In this document: in pieces, positions 25,557 through 34,637 of the stretch
Layout of the letters: each line of letters starts with the position of its first letter
How positions within the stretch are numbered: the first letter of the stretch is position 1
Assembly (NCBI GenBank): GCA_963599255.1
Contig: CAVBWS010000002.1
Location: forward strand, 6,578 to 70,577
Direction of reading: 5' to 3'
From: Treponemataceae bacterium
GTDB taxonomy: Bacteria > Bacillota > Clostridia > Lachnospirales > Lachnospiraceae
Length of the DNA: 64,000 nucleotides
Notes under the pieces: generated by a model
The model's input: the letters and a program-made list of their open reading frames with translations, nothing else
What the model was told of the DNA's origin: nothing
The model's database searches: none
Made by a program: the position numbers and the translations under genes

Positions 25557-25925
25557 TCATGTTTTCTTCTTTATTGAAGTCGTTGTACCCTCTTCCAACC
25601 ACTGCACTACAATATTGAGAACTTTCTTTATGCTGTCCTTACGTACAACTTTAATCGGATAATATCTACATTCCGACTCCCAATGAGTGTACATATCAGC
25701 TTTCTCTCTTATAATCCTAGGAATCGCAATATCAACACCGGCATCATCGCAACGTTTTATCAGAACATCTATATCATGTCCCCATAAATTAAGACCAGCA
25801 ATCTCTGCTTTTAATTTAATAGTTTTTTCTATCGCCTGCTGCATATGGTATGCTGCCTGCAATCTCAATGCTTTGTCATCGGAGTTCCAGTTTTGAGAAA
25901 CAAGATGCAGATCGGCAAGAATCAT
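25557..25925 (-). CDS. HEPN-domain protein (toxin of a HEPN/MNT type VII TA pair)
   Basis: 122 aa. AYHMQQAIEKTIK is helical and HEPN-like. It overlaps the upstream nucleotidyltransferase gene by 4 nt. Confidence 0.7.
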   Translation of the reverse strand: MILADLHLVSQNWNSDDKALRLQAAYHMQQAIEKTIKLKAEIAGLNLWGHDIDVLIKRCDDAGVDIAIPRIIREKADMYTHWESECRYYPIKVVRKDSIKKVLNIVVQWLEEGTTTSIKKKT

Positions 25926-26284
25926 AGCCTTATATTGTTTTTTGTTCTCTGGTCATATATTATTACTCCGTCTTTTTCAATCTGTTTCCACAGTGGGCTT
26001 TTTTTCATGTTGTTGAGATCTCTCTTCCCACCATATGCTAAAAGATTAAATTCTGCTGGGAAAGAATCATATAAATCATATTTAAATGCTTTATATCGTT
26101 TATCGGCGCCAAACCTTGCTGTTGTCATATCCGGATTTTTGGGTTCAATATAAAGGTCAATATCAGATTTTCCATTTGCCTCATCTCTGGAATAAGAGCC
26201 AAACAAAATCACCCTGCCAAGTATATCGGCGTGGGAATCACAGACATTTTTCAATTTTTTTACTAACTGATCTCTCGAATCCAT
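25922..26284 (-). CDS. Minimal nucleotidyltransferase (MNT) domain protein (antitoxin partner)
   Basis: VILFGSYSRDEANGKSDIDLYIEP matches the GS-x10-DxD nucleotidyltransferase motif. Confidence 0.8.
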   Translation of the reverse strand: MDSRDQLVKKLKNVCDSHADILGRVILFGSYSRDEANGKSDIDLYIEPKNPDMTTARFGADKRYKAFKYDLYDSFPAEFNLLAYGGKRDLNNMKKSPLWKQIEKDGVIIYDQRTKNNIRL

Positions 26285-26420
26285 AACATTTCTATCCTGT
26301 TCTTCTTTTCCTTCGTTTTTATTGTAAATGATATTTGTTTTGAATACAATCCAACATTAGATTTCTTTAACAATCCATTTGCCGGCTTTGGTTGAACCCT
26401 CTCGTACAATGATTCCCCCT

Positions 26421-26576
26421 TTACGAAGCTGATTTTTCTTTTTGCCTTCTTGGGCAAATATCCTTCCAGAAATTAAAACATTGAGGAGAATACCCGGCTT
26501 CGCCTGTTTCTTTCTCAAATCTTTTTGCATAAACATCTAACCTGCCTTGAAATCTAGCAAAAAACAGATCCACCAT
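26421..26576 (-). pseudogene. 51-codon relic resembling the N-terminal motif of primase(AEP)-helicase conflict-system proteins
   Basis: MVDLFFARFQGRLDVYAKRFEKETGEAGYSPQCFNFWKDIC... resembles the LFxGRxDVYxxRWExxxGKxGYSPxCxNEW signature recalled from DEAD-box/AEP defence proteins. It is truncated by a stop after 51 aa. Confidence 0.25.
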
Positions 26577-26878
26577 ATACAGATATGACTGTCATTGAAA
26601 TCGTTTTTCTTCTTACATTGACAAGTAGAGCCTAGATAACACGAAATACGCAGCCAATTGCAGAGACTGAAATACTTTTATATCAAGAATGGTCATCCCC
26701 ACATAACATGCCTGTTCTTCGTTCGGTCTTGCATTTTTTCGTTTTTTCTTATATTCTGACAGGGTTGGATATTTGTCATCCTAAACGATATGCGCCATAT
26801 TTCATGTCCTGAAAAAAACACATAAAACATGCCAAACGAATAACCTGTGCCAGCAGAAAAACTGTCGGAGGAAGCCAT

Positions 26879-27589
26879 ATGGAAACCTTTACTGATTGTT
26901 CCAAATTAGATTTTTATATTGAAAAATACAATATCCAGTCCTTTTTCTCCCCGAAATTATGGGAACATTATAGAGAATGTATGGTACTTACACGTTTTCA
27001 TGTAGATGAATACATTCAGAACCATAGAGGTGGAACACACTATTTATATATTTTTTTGAATGGCAAAATAAAGGTCTGTTCCCTCACCAGCAATGGAAAT
27101 GAAGCACTTTTAAACATGATCACAGGTATGTGCGTGATGGGAGATCTAGAAATATTCGATTTGGAAGCTTCCAATATTACCATCGAAGCCATGAAGGATT
27201 CGTATGCCATTGAGCTTCCTCTGGATAAAGTTAAATCATACATCGACCAGGATCCTGTATTTCTGAAATATTTGGGTCAGCTGCTGGCGCAAAAGATCAA
27301 TAATTTTTCCAACAACGTAGCGGTTAATACCAGCTTTCCGCTTATAAATCGACTTAGCGCCTACATTAGCTTTGCAGCGCAGTCGGTGACCTTTTCCGGG
27401 GAAACCTATCTGTATTTTCACGAAGACCTCACCACCTTATCCCAACTGCTTTTTACCAGTTACCGTCATTTACTACGTACCTTAAAGGAGCTGCGGGAGC
27501 TGCAGATCATAGAACCACATAAGCGAGGGTATTTCATCACGGATGAAACCGCACTCCATGCCCTCGCCTCTGATAAGTATCTAAAATAA
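26879..27589 (+). CDS. Crp/Fnr-family transcriptional regulator (cNMP-binding-like domain plus C-terminal HTH; no FNR Cys cluster)
   Basis: 236 aa with beta-roll region YLYIFLNGKIKVCSL...GDLEIF and C-terminal HTH SQLLFTSYRHLLRTLKELRELQII. It is convergent with the 3' end of the GRE operon. Confidence 0.8.
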   Translation: METFTDCSKLDFYIEKYNIQSFFSPKLWEHYRECMVLTRFHVDEYIQNHRGGTHYLYIFLNGKIKVCSLTSNGNEALLNMITGMCVMGDLEIFDLEASNITIEAMKDSYAIELPLDKVKSYIDQDPVFLKYLGQLLAQKINNFSNNVAVNTSFPLINRLSAYISFAAQSVTFSGETYLYFHEDLTTLSQLLFTSYRHLLRTLKELRELQIIEPHKRGYFITDETALHALASDKYLK

Positions 27590-27620
27590 TAAACACTTGG
27601 AAGATTTTTCTGAAAACTGA

Positions 27621-27944
27621 TCACTTCTGTTCAAACAGTTCAATGATGGTATCATCCTTGATGATGAATGCCAACCGTGTTTTTTCGTCAAAACTCAATG
27701 GTGGAAAGATTATCTGATCTGCATCTTCCAGATATGGTGTCATATCATCTACTTTGTATGCCACGTGCGGATTTTTGTGCATAATTTCCGGAAATGGCGT
27801 TCCTTCTTCAAATTTCAAGTATTCAATCTTATAATCATAGTCATCCACATCAGTATTAACCCAGAATTTCAGTGTCTCATTGTATACCATATTTGGTTTT
27901 TTATTTGTTACCGGAATTCCTACATGCATATATTCTGCTGCCAT
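27621..27944 (-). CDS. Small VOC (glyoxalase/dioxygenase fold) family protein
   Basis: 107 aa with MHVGIPV and HVAYKVDD metal-ligand-like motifs. It is the last gene of the GRE operon. Confidence 0.55.
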   Translation of the reverse strand: MAAEYMHVGIPVTNKKPNMVYNETLKFWVNTDVDDYDYKIEYLKFEEGTPFPEIMHKNPHVAYKVDDMTPYLEDADQIIFPPLSFDEKTRLAFIIKDDTIIELFEQK

Positions 27945-27962
27945 GTTATACCCTCCATACCA

Positions 27963-28841
27963 TCATTGCTTCGTATCCAAAAAAAATTCGTAAGCTTCCT
28001 TATCCGTGAAGTGCTCGTGTACTACTTTTGCGATTGCCTGTGCCATAGCTCTAGGATTCTCGCTCTGGAAAATATTTCTTCCCATATCAACGCCGTGTGC
28101 TCCCTCACTGATAGCTCGATAAGCCATGGTAAGAGCTTCCTGTTCAGGCAGTTTCTTACCTCCGGCAATGATGATAGGAACCGGACATGCTGCCACAATC
28201 TTTTCAAAATCCTCGCAGTAATATGTCTTAATAAAATGCGCACCATGCTCTGCCAGCATCCTAGTTGCCAGAAGGAAAAACTTCGGTGTCCGTTCCATCT
28301 GCTTTCCTACCGCTACAACACCAAGCACAGGCATGCCATATCGATTACCTGCATCTACGTATCGGCACAATGTTTCCAGAGATCTTGCCTCCCCCGGTGC
28401 ACCAATGAAAGTCTGCACCGCCACTGCCTGGGCATTCATTCGGACAGCATCTTCCATCTCCACACCAATACCATTTCCAACGGACATATCGTCATAAAGA
28501 ACAGATGCGTCATAGGTTGCCCGCAAGCAAACAGACGGGTGCATGGTCGGAGAAAAGCTGGAACGGATCGCCCCTCGTGTACCCATAAATACATCCACAT
28601 ACTCTCCTAACGGTGCAATCGTTACGTCGAGTCTCTCCAATCCTGCCGTAGATCCCATGATATAGCCATGGTCAAAGGCCAGCACTACAGCATTGCCGGA
28701 CACCGGGTTAAAAATATGCGAAAGACGATTTTTCAGTCCAAAGTCATTATTATTAAGTCCCTTCAGATAAAATGCCTCCGATACGACCGGCACATCCAGA
28801 TAATATTCTTTGCTTTCTCTATTTCCAATGTTATCAGCCAC
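27963..28841 (-). CDS. LsrF-like class I aldolase/thiolase (DhnA/FbaB-LsrF family)
   Basis: 292 aa. RLSHIFNPVSGNAVVLAFDHGY..GLERLD..IAPL, FIKTYY (Schiff-base Lys region), IIAGGKKLPE and GVDMGRNIFQS align almost block for block with E. coli LsrF as I recall it. Confidence 0.8.
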   Translation of the reverse strand: MADNIGNRESKEYYLDVPVVSEAFYLKGLNNNDFGLKNRLSHIFNPVSGNAVVLAFDHGYIMGSTAGLERLDVTIAPLGEYVDVFMGTRGAIRSSFSPTMHPSVCLRATYDASVLYDDMSVGNGIGVEMEDAVRMNAQAVAVQTFIGAPGEARSLETLCRYVDAGNRYGMPVLGVVAVGKQMERTPKFFLLATRMLAEHGAHFIKTYYCEDFEKIVAACPVPIIIAGGKKLPEQEALTMAYRAISEGAHGVDMGRNIFQSENPRAMAQAIAKVVHEHFTDKEAYEFFLDTKQ

Positions 28842-28913
28842 AATAAACCTCCTGTTATTTAAATCGCTACGGCGTTTTACCTGTTTTCACATCGGTTACC
28901 GCAGCAGTGTATG

Positions 28914-29909
28914 TTATCGGGAAAATGCAAATGTTCTCGCTGGCGTATTCCATAGTTTCAGGAATTCCTCGTCCCATTTTGAAATGTTGAGTTGAAAACC
29001 TGCCTGTTCCTGAACAGTCAATACCTCTCCTACCATATTGGCAACAACCTCAATTCCCTGAGATTCCAGATACTTTACACAGTCCTTATAAAGTATGAAC
29101 ATTTCCATTAATGTGGTAGCCCCGGATCCATTGACCATCACAAAGCATTTGTCTCCTCTCTTAAGTGGAATATCCTTTATCAGGGCATTTGCCATGATCT
29201 CAATAGTTTCTTTTGCGCTCTTCATTGATTGGCGTCCGCCACCACCTTCACCATGCTGACCCATGCCGATTTCCATATCATCATCACCGAGATCCCCGAA
29301 GGATTCTCCATTAGCCGGATGTGTAGCGCAGCGTACCGCAACAGAAATGGTAGCCATTGAATCCGCATAACGCTGTGCCAGATTAGCAACTTCATCAAGA
29401 TTTCTGCCCTCCCTGGCAGCGGCTGCGGCGATATGGTACAGTGGAACCGCACCGGCAAGACCTCTTCTATCATCAGAATTTTCTCTTGGTGCATTTGCGA
29501 TGTCTTCCTGGGTAACTACTTTACGAACATTCAGTCCCTCTCGCTGTGCCATCTTCATTACCATGTTGCCGCACAACATATCGCCTGCATGATTCAGTAC
29601 CAAAAGCAATGTCCCGTGTCCTTTATCGGCCAGCTTCAACGCTTCAAATACATCTTGTGGACTCGGAGCCGCAAATACATCTCCAACTACCTGAATATCC
29701 AGCATGCCGGATCCCACGAATCCCATCTGTGCCGGCTCATGTCCGGAACCGCCCATGGTAACAATTGTTACCCTGTCCGCTTTTTCCAGATCCCTGCTGA
29801 TTACCAGATGTCCCTTTACCTCTACAAGATCTGCCGCACATAAGCTGTATCCCTCCAGCAGCTCATCCGTTAATGTTTCTGCACTATTTAAAAACTTTTT
29901 CATCTTCAT
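28914..29909 (-). CDS. dhaK: Dihydroxyacetone kinase, DhaK subunit
   Basis: MKMKKFLNS...LEGY, VTMGGSGHEPA and GDVFAAPS are canonical DhaK motifs. The ATG at 29909 lies about 6 nt after GGAGGA. Confidence 0.85.
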   Translation of the reverse strand: MKMKKFLNSAETLTDELLEGYSLCAADLVEVKGHLVISRDLEKADRVTIVTMGGSGHEPAQMGFVGSGMLDIQVVGDVFAAPSPQDVFEALKLADKGHGTLLLVLNHAGDMLCGNMVMKMAQREGLNVRKVVTQEDIANAPRENSDDRRGLAGAVPLYHIAAAAAREGRNLDEVANLAQRYADSMATISVAVRCATHPANGESFGDLGDDDMEIGMGQHGEGGGGRQSMKSAKETIEIMANALIKDIPLKRGDKCFVMVNGSGATTLMEMFILYKDCVKYLESQGIEVVANMVGEVLTVQEQAGFQLNISKWDEEFLKLWNTPARTFAFSR

Positions 29910-29927
29910 GGTATGTTCCTCCATTTG

Positions 29928-30527
29928 CTATGCCTGATAGCCTTTCTGAAATCCCTCAAATATCAACGCCATAGAGCAGGCACCCGCATCCTTTACGCCA
30001 ATGGATCGTTCGCCATAGTTTTTCGCCCGTCCAAATTTTGCTATATAATCGCTTGTTCTCTCTGCCCCTTTTCTGGCCGCCTCTGCTGCCAGTGCAAATG
30101 CCTCTTCATCTGTTTTCGCACCCTTCATCGCTTCCACTGCCGGAATCAGCGCATCCATCATGGTCTTTTCTCCTACCTTCGCGGTACTTAATGTCTGTAA
30201 CTCCTTAAGGGCACATTCTGCGTACTCCGCAGCACTGGCATCCGGCGACGCATTCTGGAAACCGGAGAAAAATGTACCAAACAATGGACCAGCACTTCCG
30301 CCCTGCACATTGATGGCATCCCATCCCAGATCATCGAAAAGCTTTGCAGTAGATTCGTGATCATATTGCACTTTTTCCTTCATTAAATGTGCTATCTTGG
30401 CAATAGTAATACCATGGTCTCCATCCCCGATCACCGCATCAATCTTCGATAGCTCATTTGCATTCTCAAGCAGCAGATCAGCTGTCACATCCAGCATATG
30501 TTTCCACTGTCCTAATGTAATCGCCAT
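29928..30527 (-). CDS. dhaL: Dihydroxyacetone kinase, DhaL (ADP-binding) subunit
   Basis: LSKIDAVIGDGDHGITIAKI and GGSAGPLFGTFF are canonical DhaL motifs. The ATG at 30527 sits at the RpiB stop. The longer ORF-track start lies inside rpiB. Confidence 0.85.
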   Translation of the reverse strand: MAITLGQWKHMLDVTADLLLENANELSKIDAVIGDGDHGITIAKIAHLMKEKVQYDHESTAKLFDDLGWDAINVQGGSAGPLFGTFFSGFQNASPDASAAEYAECALKELQTLSTAKVGEKTMMDALIPAVEAMKGAKTDEEAFALAAEAARKGAERTSDYIAKFGRAKNYGERSIGVKDAGACSMALIFEGFQKGYQA

Positions 30528-30528
30528 A

Positions 30529-30993
30529 TCATACCTCCTGATAAATCTTTTTTTCGATTGCCTTGATCTTCTCCTGTGCATCCAGAAGAAAGTCATGAAA
30601 ATCGTCGAGACCATCCGTAATCTGTGTTTCCAGGAAGGTATCAACAATCTGGCATCCCAAGAACGGAGCAATAATAAACCCTCCCATAGCTAATACATTG
30701 GAATTGTTAATTGCCCGAGACATCTTCGCTGCGAAAGTGCTTTCAACCACAGCCGCACGGATTCCCTGGTAGCTATTTGCCATCTGAGCCATACCCATAC
30801 CAGTGCCGCAGCACAGGATCGCATAGTCAAATTCTCCCTTTTGAAGTGCCGGTGCTATCTCTGGAACAATATCATAGTATTCTCGTGCCTGTGGCGCATA
30901 ATCGATACAGATTATGCCTTTTGCTTCCAAATGTTCCTTTACTGCTTCCTTTAATGCAAAACCGGAAGCATCCGCTCCTATCGCTATCTTCAT
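30529..30993 (-). CDS. RpiB/LacA/LacB-family sugar-phosphate isomerase
   Basis: MKIAIGADASGFALKEAVKEHL and CCGTGMGMAQMANS (catalytic Cys region). Confidence 0.85.
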   Translation of the reverse strand: MKIAIGADASGFALKEAVKEHLEAKGIICIDYAPQAREYYDIVPEIAPALQKGEFDYAILCCGTGMGMAQMANSYQGIRAAVVESTFAAKMSRAINNSNVLAMGGFIIAPFLGCQIVDTFLETQITDGLDDFHDFLLDAQEKIKAIEKKIYQEV

Positions 30994-31081
30994 ATTCCTT
31001 CTTCTCCTTTATCTGTTTACCATTGATCTGAACAATGGTTTTATCTTTTCTTTCACTGCATGCAGCCTTGTGCTATCCAAT

Positions 31082-33556
31082 TTATACTGATAGTTCTTCC
31101 CTCTCCATAATGGATTCCTGCAATTCCTTTGTAAGATCCACGAACACAGCACTATAGCCTCCTACCCGTACCAGCAAATCCCGGTAACTATCCGGATCCT
31201 TCTGTGCACGTGACAGATCCTTTGCATCCAGCACCAAATACTGAATCTGTTGTCCGCCGGCATCCATATAGGTTTTCACCAGATCCATCCATTTTTGAAT
31301 ATCACGTTCGCCTGTCACGGCACTGATCGGAATCCGTTGATTGAAGGTAACGCCATTCGTAGTATGGTATGTATCGATCGCCCTAGCTGCTGAACGATGT
31401 CTCTCTGTGATACTTCCCTCCTGTGCATACCGAGAAGGAGCAACGGAATCTGACAGAGGTTCTTCGTTTCTTCTTCCGTCCGGGGTTGCTCCCGTCCAGC
31501 TTCCAAGCGTAAGGTAGCTTTCCATGCTAATGAGGCCTCCGATAAAATGCCCGCCATGGGCAGTTCGATGCGATTCCAAATTTTCAAACCAATAGTCCAG
31601 AACCTTTTTGCAGAAAAGATCCGCATATGGGTTATCCTTTCCATATTTCGGCGCTTCAATGCATTTCCTGCGAAGCTCCTCGTATCCTTCCCAATTCCTG
31701 GACAGAGCTGTTTTCAATTCTTTCCAATCAGTCACCCTCTCCCGATAAATCAGAGTATCAATAGCGCTCAGACAGTCTCCCGCGGTTCCAAGCCCAATTC
31801 CCAAAGGACCAGTCCAACTGTATCGTGAACCGCCATTTACAAAATCAATACCGCTTTTTCGCGAGGTTGGATGCATCAGATTGTGCCATACTGATGGGTA
31901 AAATGTGGTAAATACATAGTCATTTACATTGTTGGTCACCACGTTCATTTCTACGGCATACCTCATCTGCGCTTCTACCGCAGCCAGAAATTCCTGCATA
32001 GTCGCAAAGCTTTCCGGTTCTCCGGTTACAGGTCCTACCTGTCTTCCATTGCACGGATTAACTCCATTCCAGATGGCAAGCTCAACGGGCTTTACCAGAC
32101 TGAAAAATCCACCATTTTGTCTTCCGGATGTATCCGCTCCCGTCATATTAGGATCCGTTACATTTTCCTGACATCCCACATCCCCATAATTGCGGGCATC
32201 TCCCAGTGACACACCACAATTACTTACCATACCGGGGATTATGGCGTTATCATTAAGAAGCAGCGGCAAGCCACCGCCTAACCTTAATACATCCAATGCT
32301 GCATGAAGCAGCGCGTCCGGCGTTTCATGGTTTATACGAACCGACAGTGCCGGATCTGTCAGATGCACATGGGCATGAGCTTCCAACAACATATATGAAA
32401 GCTCATTGGTTGCGTCATACCCCTGCGTATCGATACCCCCGAGATTGATCTTGTCATTGTTTCCTCTTGGACACCCAATGCCCATAGTAAATGCCGTACT
32501 CTCATTCCATTTCAGGAACAAGCATTCCAGCAGTTCCTGTGCCTGTTTTCTATTGATTTCCCCTGTCTCCAGATCTCGCTTAAGGATAGGCAGCATGTAC
32601 TGATCAAAACGTCCCAAAGAATGAGAGTCCATTCCCTCGATCAGGGAAGTGCCTGCGCGTAGAAAGTGGATGCACTGCAACGCTTCCCACCAGGTCCTGG
32701 CAGGATATTCTGGTACCTGCCGACAATTTTTAGCCATCTGCGAAAGTTCCGCCTTGCGTTTCACATCTGTTTCCTTTTCCGCAAGCTGCTGTGCATAATC
32801 AGCATTTCGATGTGCATAAGTAATCATCGCCTCAGCTGCGATAAGCATCCCCTTCATCTGATCTCGCCGTTCCAGTGTCGTCATTCCCTCCGGGTTTCGG
32901 ATATCCAGCTGTTCCATTTCCTGCCTAATCTCCTGCATCAAACCCGATAGTCCTTTTTCAATAACAGAACGGTAATCCTGGATCGTATGTGCCAACGGAC
33001 CTCCTACCGTCGGAATATAACACTGACTGTCATTCATAAATTGATATGCTTCCGGATAATTCAGCGCCATTTCCTTCAGCAAATAGTCCATACGTCCCTT
33101 GTTTTTCCAATATGGAAGGATCTGCTCCTGAAATTCCCGCAGTTCCTCGGGATCGTAGACATAAATTCGATCCAGCTCCGCACAGGTTCCTTTTTCTGGA
33201 AAATCCAGTGCCGGGAAATGCGGATTAAAATCCACATAATGCGGTCCCGCACTTGCACCTCCCATCAGAAGCTGTCCTTCGGTAAGTCCTAGCGGGATTT
33301 CCTCTAATCCCCGCTTGATGGATAATGCTCTGCGTATCGCCGGATGCAGCCCTTCAGTTTCCATGTAGGAACGAGTCACACTGACTGCCCAATGAAATGA
33401 AAGCCTTCGCTTCCCTTTATAATATCGAGGAAGCATGCCTCGTCGAATTTTCTGAATCCGCTGTTCTTCCGGATCATCCTCTCGCAATATCATTTGGTCA
33501 AAAAACTCTCCGGTAAAGGGCATATTCTTTTCTCTCCACCACGCACTTCCTGCCAT
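31082..33556 (-). CDS. Glycyl radical enzyme of the PFL2/eliminase class; substrate unknown
   Basis: 824 aa with C-terminal glycyl motif LVRVGGYSAVF. The Cys loop is VGCQE, a single Cys followed by Glu as in GRE dehydratases/lyases, not the CC of pyruvate formate-lyase. The ATG at 33556 lies 8 nt after AAGGAG. Confidence 0.9.
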   Translation of the reverse strand: MAGSAWWREKNMPFTGEFFDQMILREDDPEEQRIQKIRRGMLPRYYKGKRRLSFHWAVSVTRSYMETEGLHPAIRRALSIKRGLEEIPLGLTEGQLLMGGASAGPHYVDFNPHFPALDFPEKGTCAELDRIYVYDPEELREFQEQILPYWKNKGRMDYLLKEMALNYPEAYQFMNDSQCYIPTVGGPLAHTIQDYRSVIEKGLSGLMQEIRQEMEQLDIRNPEGMTTLERRDQMKGMLIAAEAMITYAHRNADYAQQLAEKETDVKRKAELSQMAKNCRQVPEYPARTWWEALQCIHFLRAGTSLIEGMDSHSLGRFDQYMLPILKRDLETGEINRKQAQELLECLFLKWNESTAFTMGIGCPRGNNDKINLGGIDTQGYDATNELSYMLLEAHAHVHLTDPALSVRINHETPDALLHAALDVLRLGGGLPLLLNDNAIIPGMVSNCGVSLGDARNYGDVGCQENVTDPNMTGADTSGRQNGGFFSLVKPVELAIWNGVNPCNGRQVGPVTGEPESFATMQEFLAAVEAQMRYAVEMNVVTNNVNDYVFTTFYPSVWHNLMHPTSRKSGIDFVNGGSRYSWTGPLGIGLGTAGDCLSAIDTLIYRERVTDWKELKTALSRNWEGYEELRRKCIEAPKYGKDNPYADLFCKKVLDYWFENLESHRTAHGGHFIGGLISMESYLTLGSWTGATPDGRRNEEPLSDSVAPSRYAQEGSITERHRSAARAIDTYHTTNGVTFNQRIPISAVTGERDIQKWMDLVKTYMDAGGQQIQYLVLDAKDLSRAQKDPDSYRDLLVRVGGYSAVFVDLTKELQESIMEREELSV

Positions 33557-33586
33557 AGTCCAATCTCCTTCATTCATGCAGTCTCT

Positions 33587-34609
33587 CTAAAACAAGAAAA
33601 CCACCTTCGTCGCTTTATGATTTTTTACCAGATTGAATCCATACACACAGTCTTCTGGCTGCAATACATGACTAATATATTCATAAGGATTAATCTTTCC
33701 TTCTAATACAAGCTGCGCCATTTCTTCATTGGCATCTTCTTCATCCGGCCAGCGCACCCACACACGAGGGTCATTACGCAGTTCAGGTGCCCAGGAAAGT
33801 CCCGGAGCTGCGCCATAGAGCTGTACGGTTCCCTTTTCCCCTACAACATCCAGACAAGTCTTAAGTGCACTGTCGCTTCCAACAGCTTCGATTACCTTTA
33901 ACAGGCCTCCGTCATCAAGTATCTTTTTTAGTTCATCCGGATATTTATCACCAACGACATACAGGTCTGCTCCCGCCGCAGTGAATTTCTCTCGATGATC
34001 CTCTTTTCTGCCAAATACCACTATAGGACTTGCTCCCATTACCTTAGCAAACTTGGTAAAGCAATATGCCACAGGGCCGGTACCTACTATGCCCAGTGGT
34101 TCGCCTGCCTTGACATCAAAGTTTCTGAGAGTAGTCCATGTCTCTTTCAGCGTGATCATGATCGCTCCCTGTACGCTGTCGATTCCCTTCGGCAGGATCT
34201 GATGCTTAGTCGCCTGATAATTTAACGGAATATCAGCTCCATCTTCTTTTATCGCTGCCAGATCCTGTACAACACCATATTCACTCATGCCGCCTTCTGA
34301 ACCAATCCCTCCAGGATAATGACCCCAAGTATGGGCACGAAGCACCCTGTCACCGATCTTAAAATTTCGGCATTTCTCGCCCAATTCAATGACCACACCA
34401 CAGGATTCATGTCCCAAATTAATAGGCAGTCCTTCCGGGAATCCACCGCCTTCAGGTCCTCCAAATACGCGGTTAACAAACATCATGTCTGTATTGTTGC
34501 AGATAGCGCAGGCCTCAATCTTTACCAACGCTTCATAAGGTCCAGGCTTTGGTACAGGGATCTCCCCCAGCATAACTTTTCCCGGTTCCGATGAAATGAT
34601 TGTCTTCAT
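33587..34609 (-). CDS. Zinc-dependent medium-chain alcohol/polyol dehydrogenase
   Basis: CAICNNTD and GHESCGVV are the Zn ligands. GIVGTGPVA is the Rossmann motif. Confidence 0.8.
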   Translation of the reverse strand: MKTIISSEPGKVMLGEIPVPKPGPYEALVKIEACAICNNTDMMFVNRVFGGPEGGGFPEGLPINLGHESCGVVIELGEKCRNFKIGDRVLRAHTWGHYPGGIGSEGGMSEYGVVQDLAAIKEDGADIPLNYQATKHQILPKGIDSVQGAIMITLKETWTTLRNFDVKAGEPLGIVGTGPVAYCFTKFAKVMGASPIVVFGRKEDHREKFTAAGADLYVVGDKYPDELKKILDDGGLLKVIEAVGSDSALKTCLDVVGEKGTVQLYGAAPGLSWAPELRNDPRVWVRWPDEEDANEEMAQLVLEGKINPYEYISHVLQPEDCVYGFNLVKNHKATKVVFLF

Positions 34610-34637
34610 ATGTAATACCTCCATTTTTTTGATAACT

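Noticed and set aside
26263-26457. 64-aa ORF from the track. Another frame of the same DNA (GRIFAQEGKKKNQLRKGGIIVREGSTKAGKWIVKEI) looks like a winged-helix C-terminus.
   Set aside because: There is no RBS, and the reading frames overlap the relic at 26421..26576. The frames cannot all be real, so I treat the region as decayed sequence.
26756-26778. TGACA-N13-TGTCA upstream of the Crp/Fnr-family gene, considered as an autoregulatory copy of the GRE operator.
   Set aside because: The spacer is 13 nt rather than 2 nt, so the geometry is incompatible with the four TGACA-NN-TGTCA sites. It could be chance.
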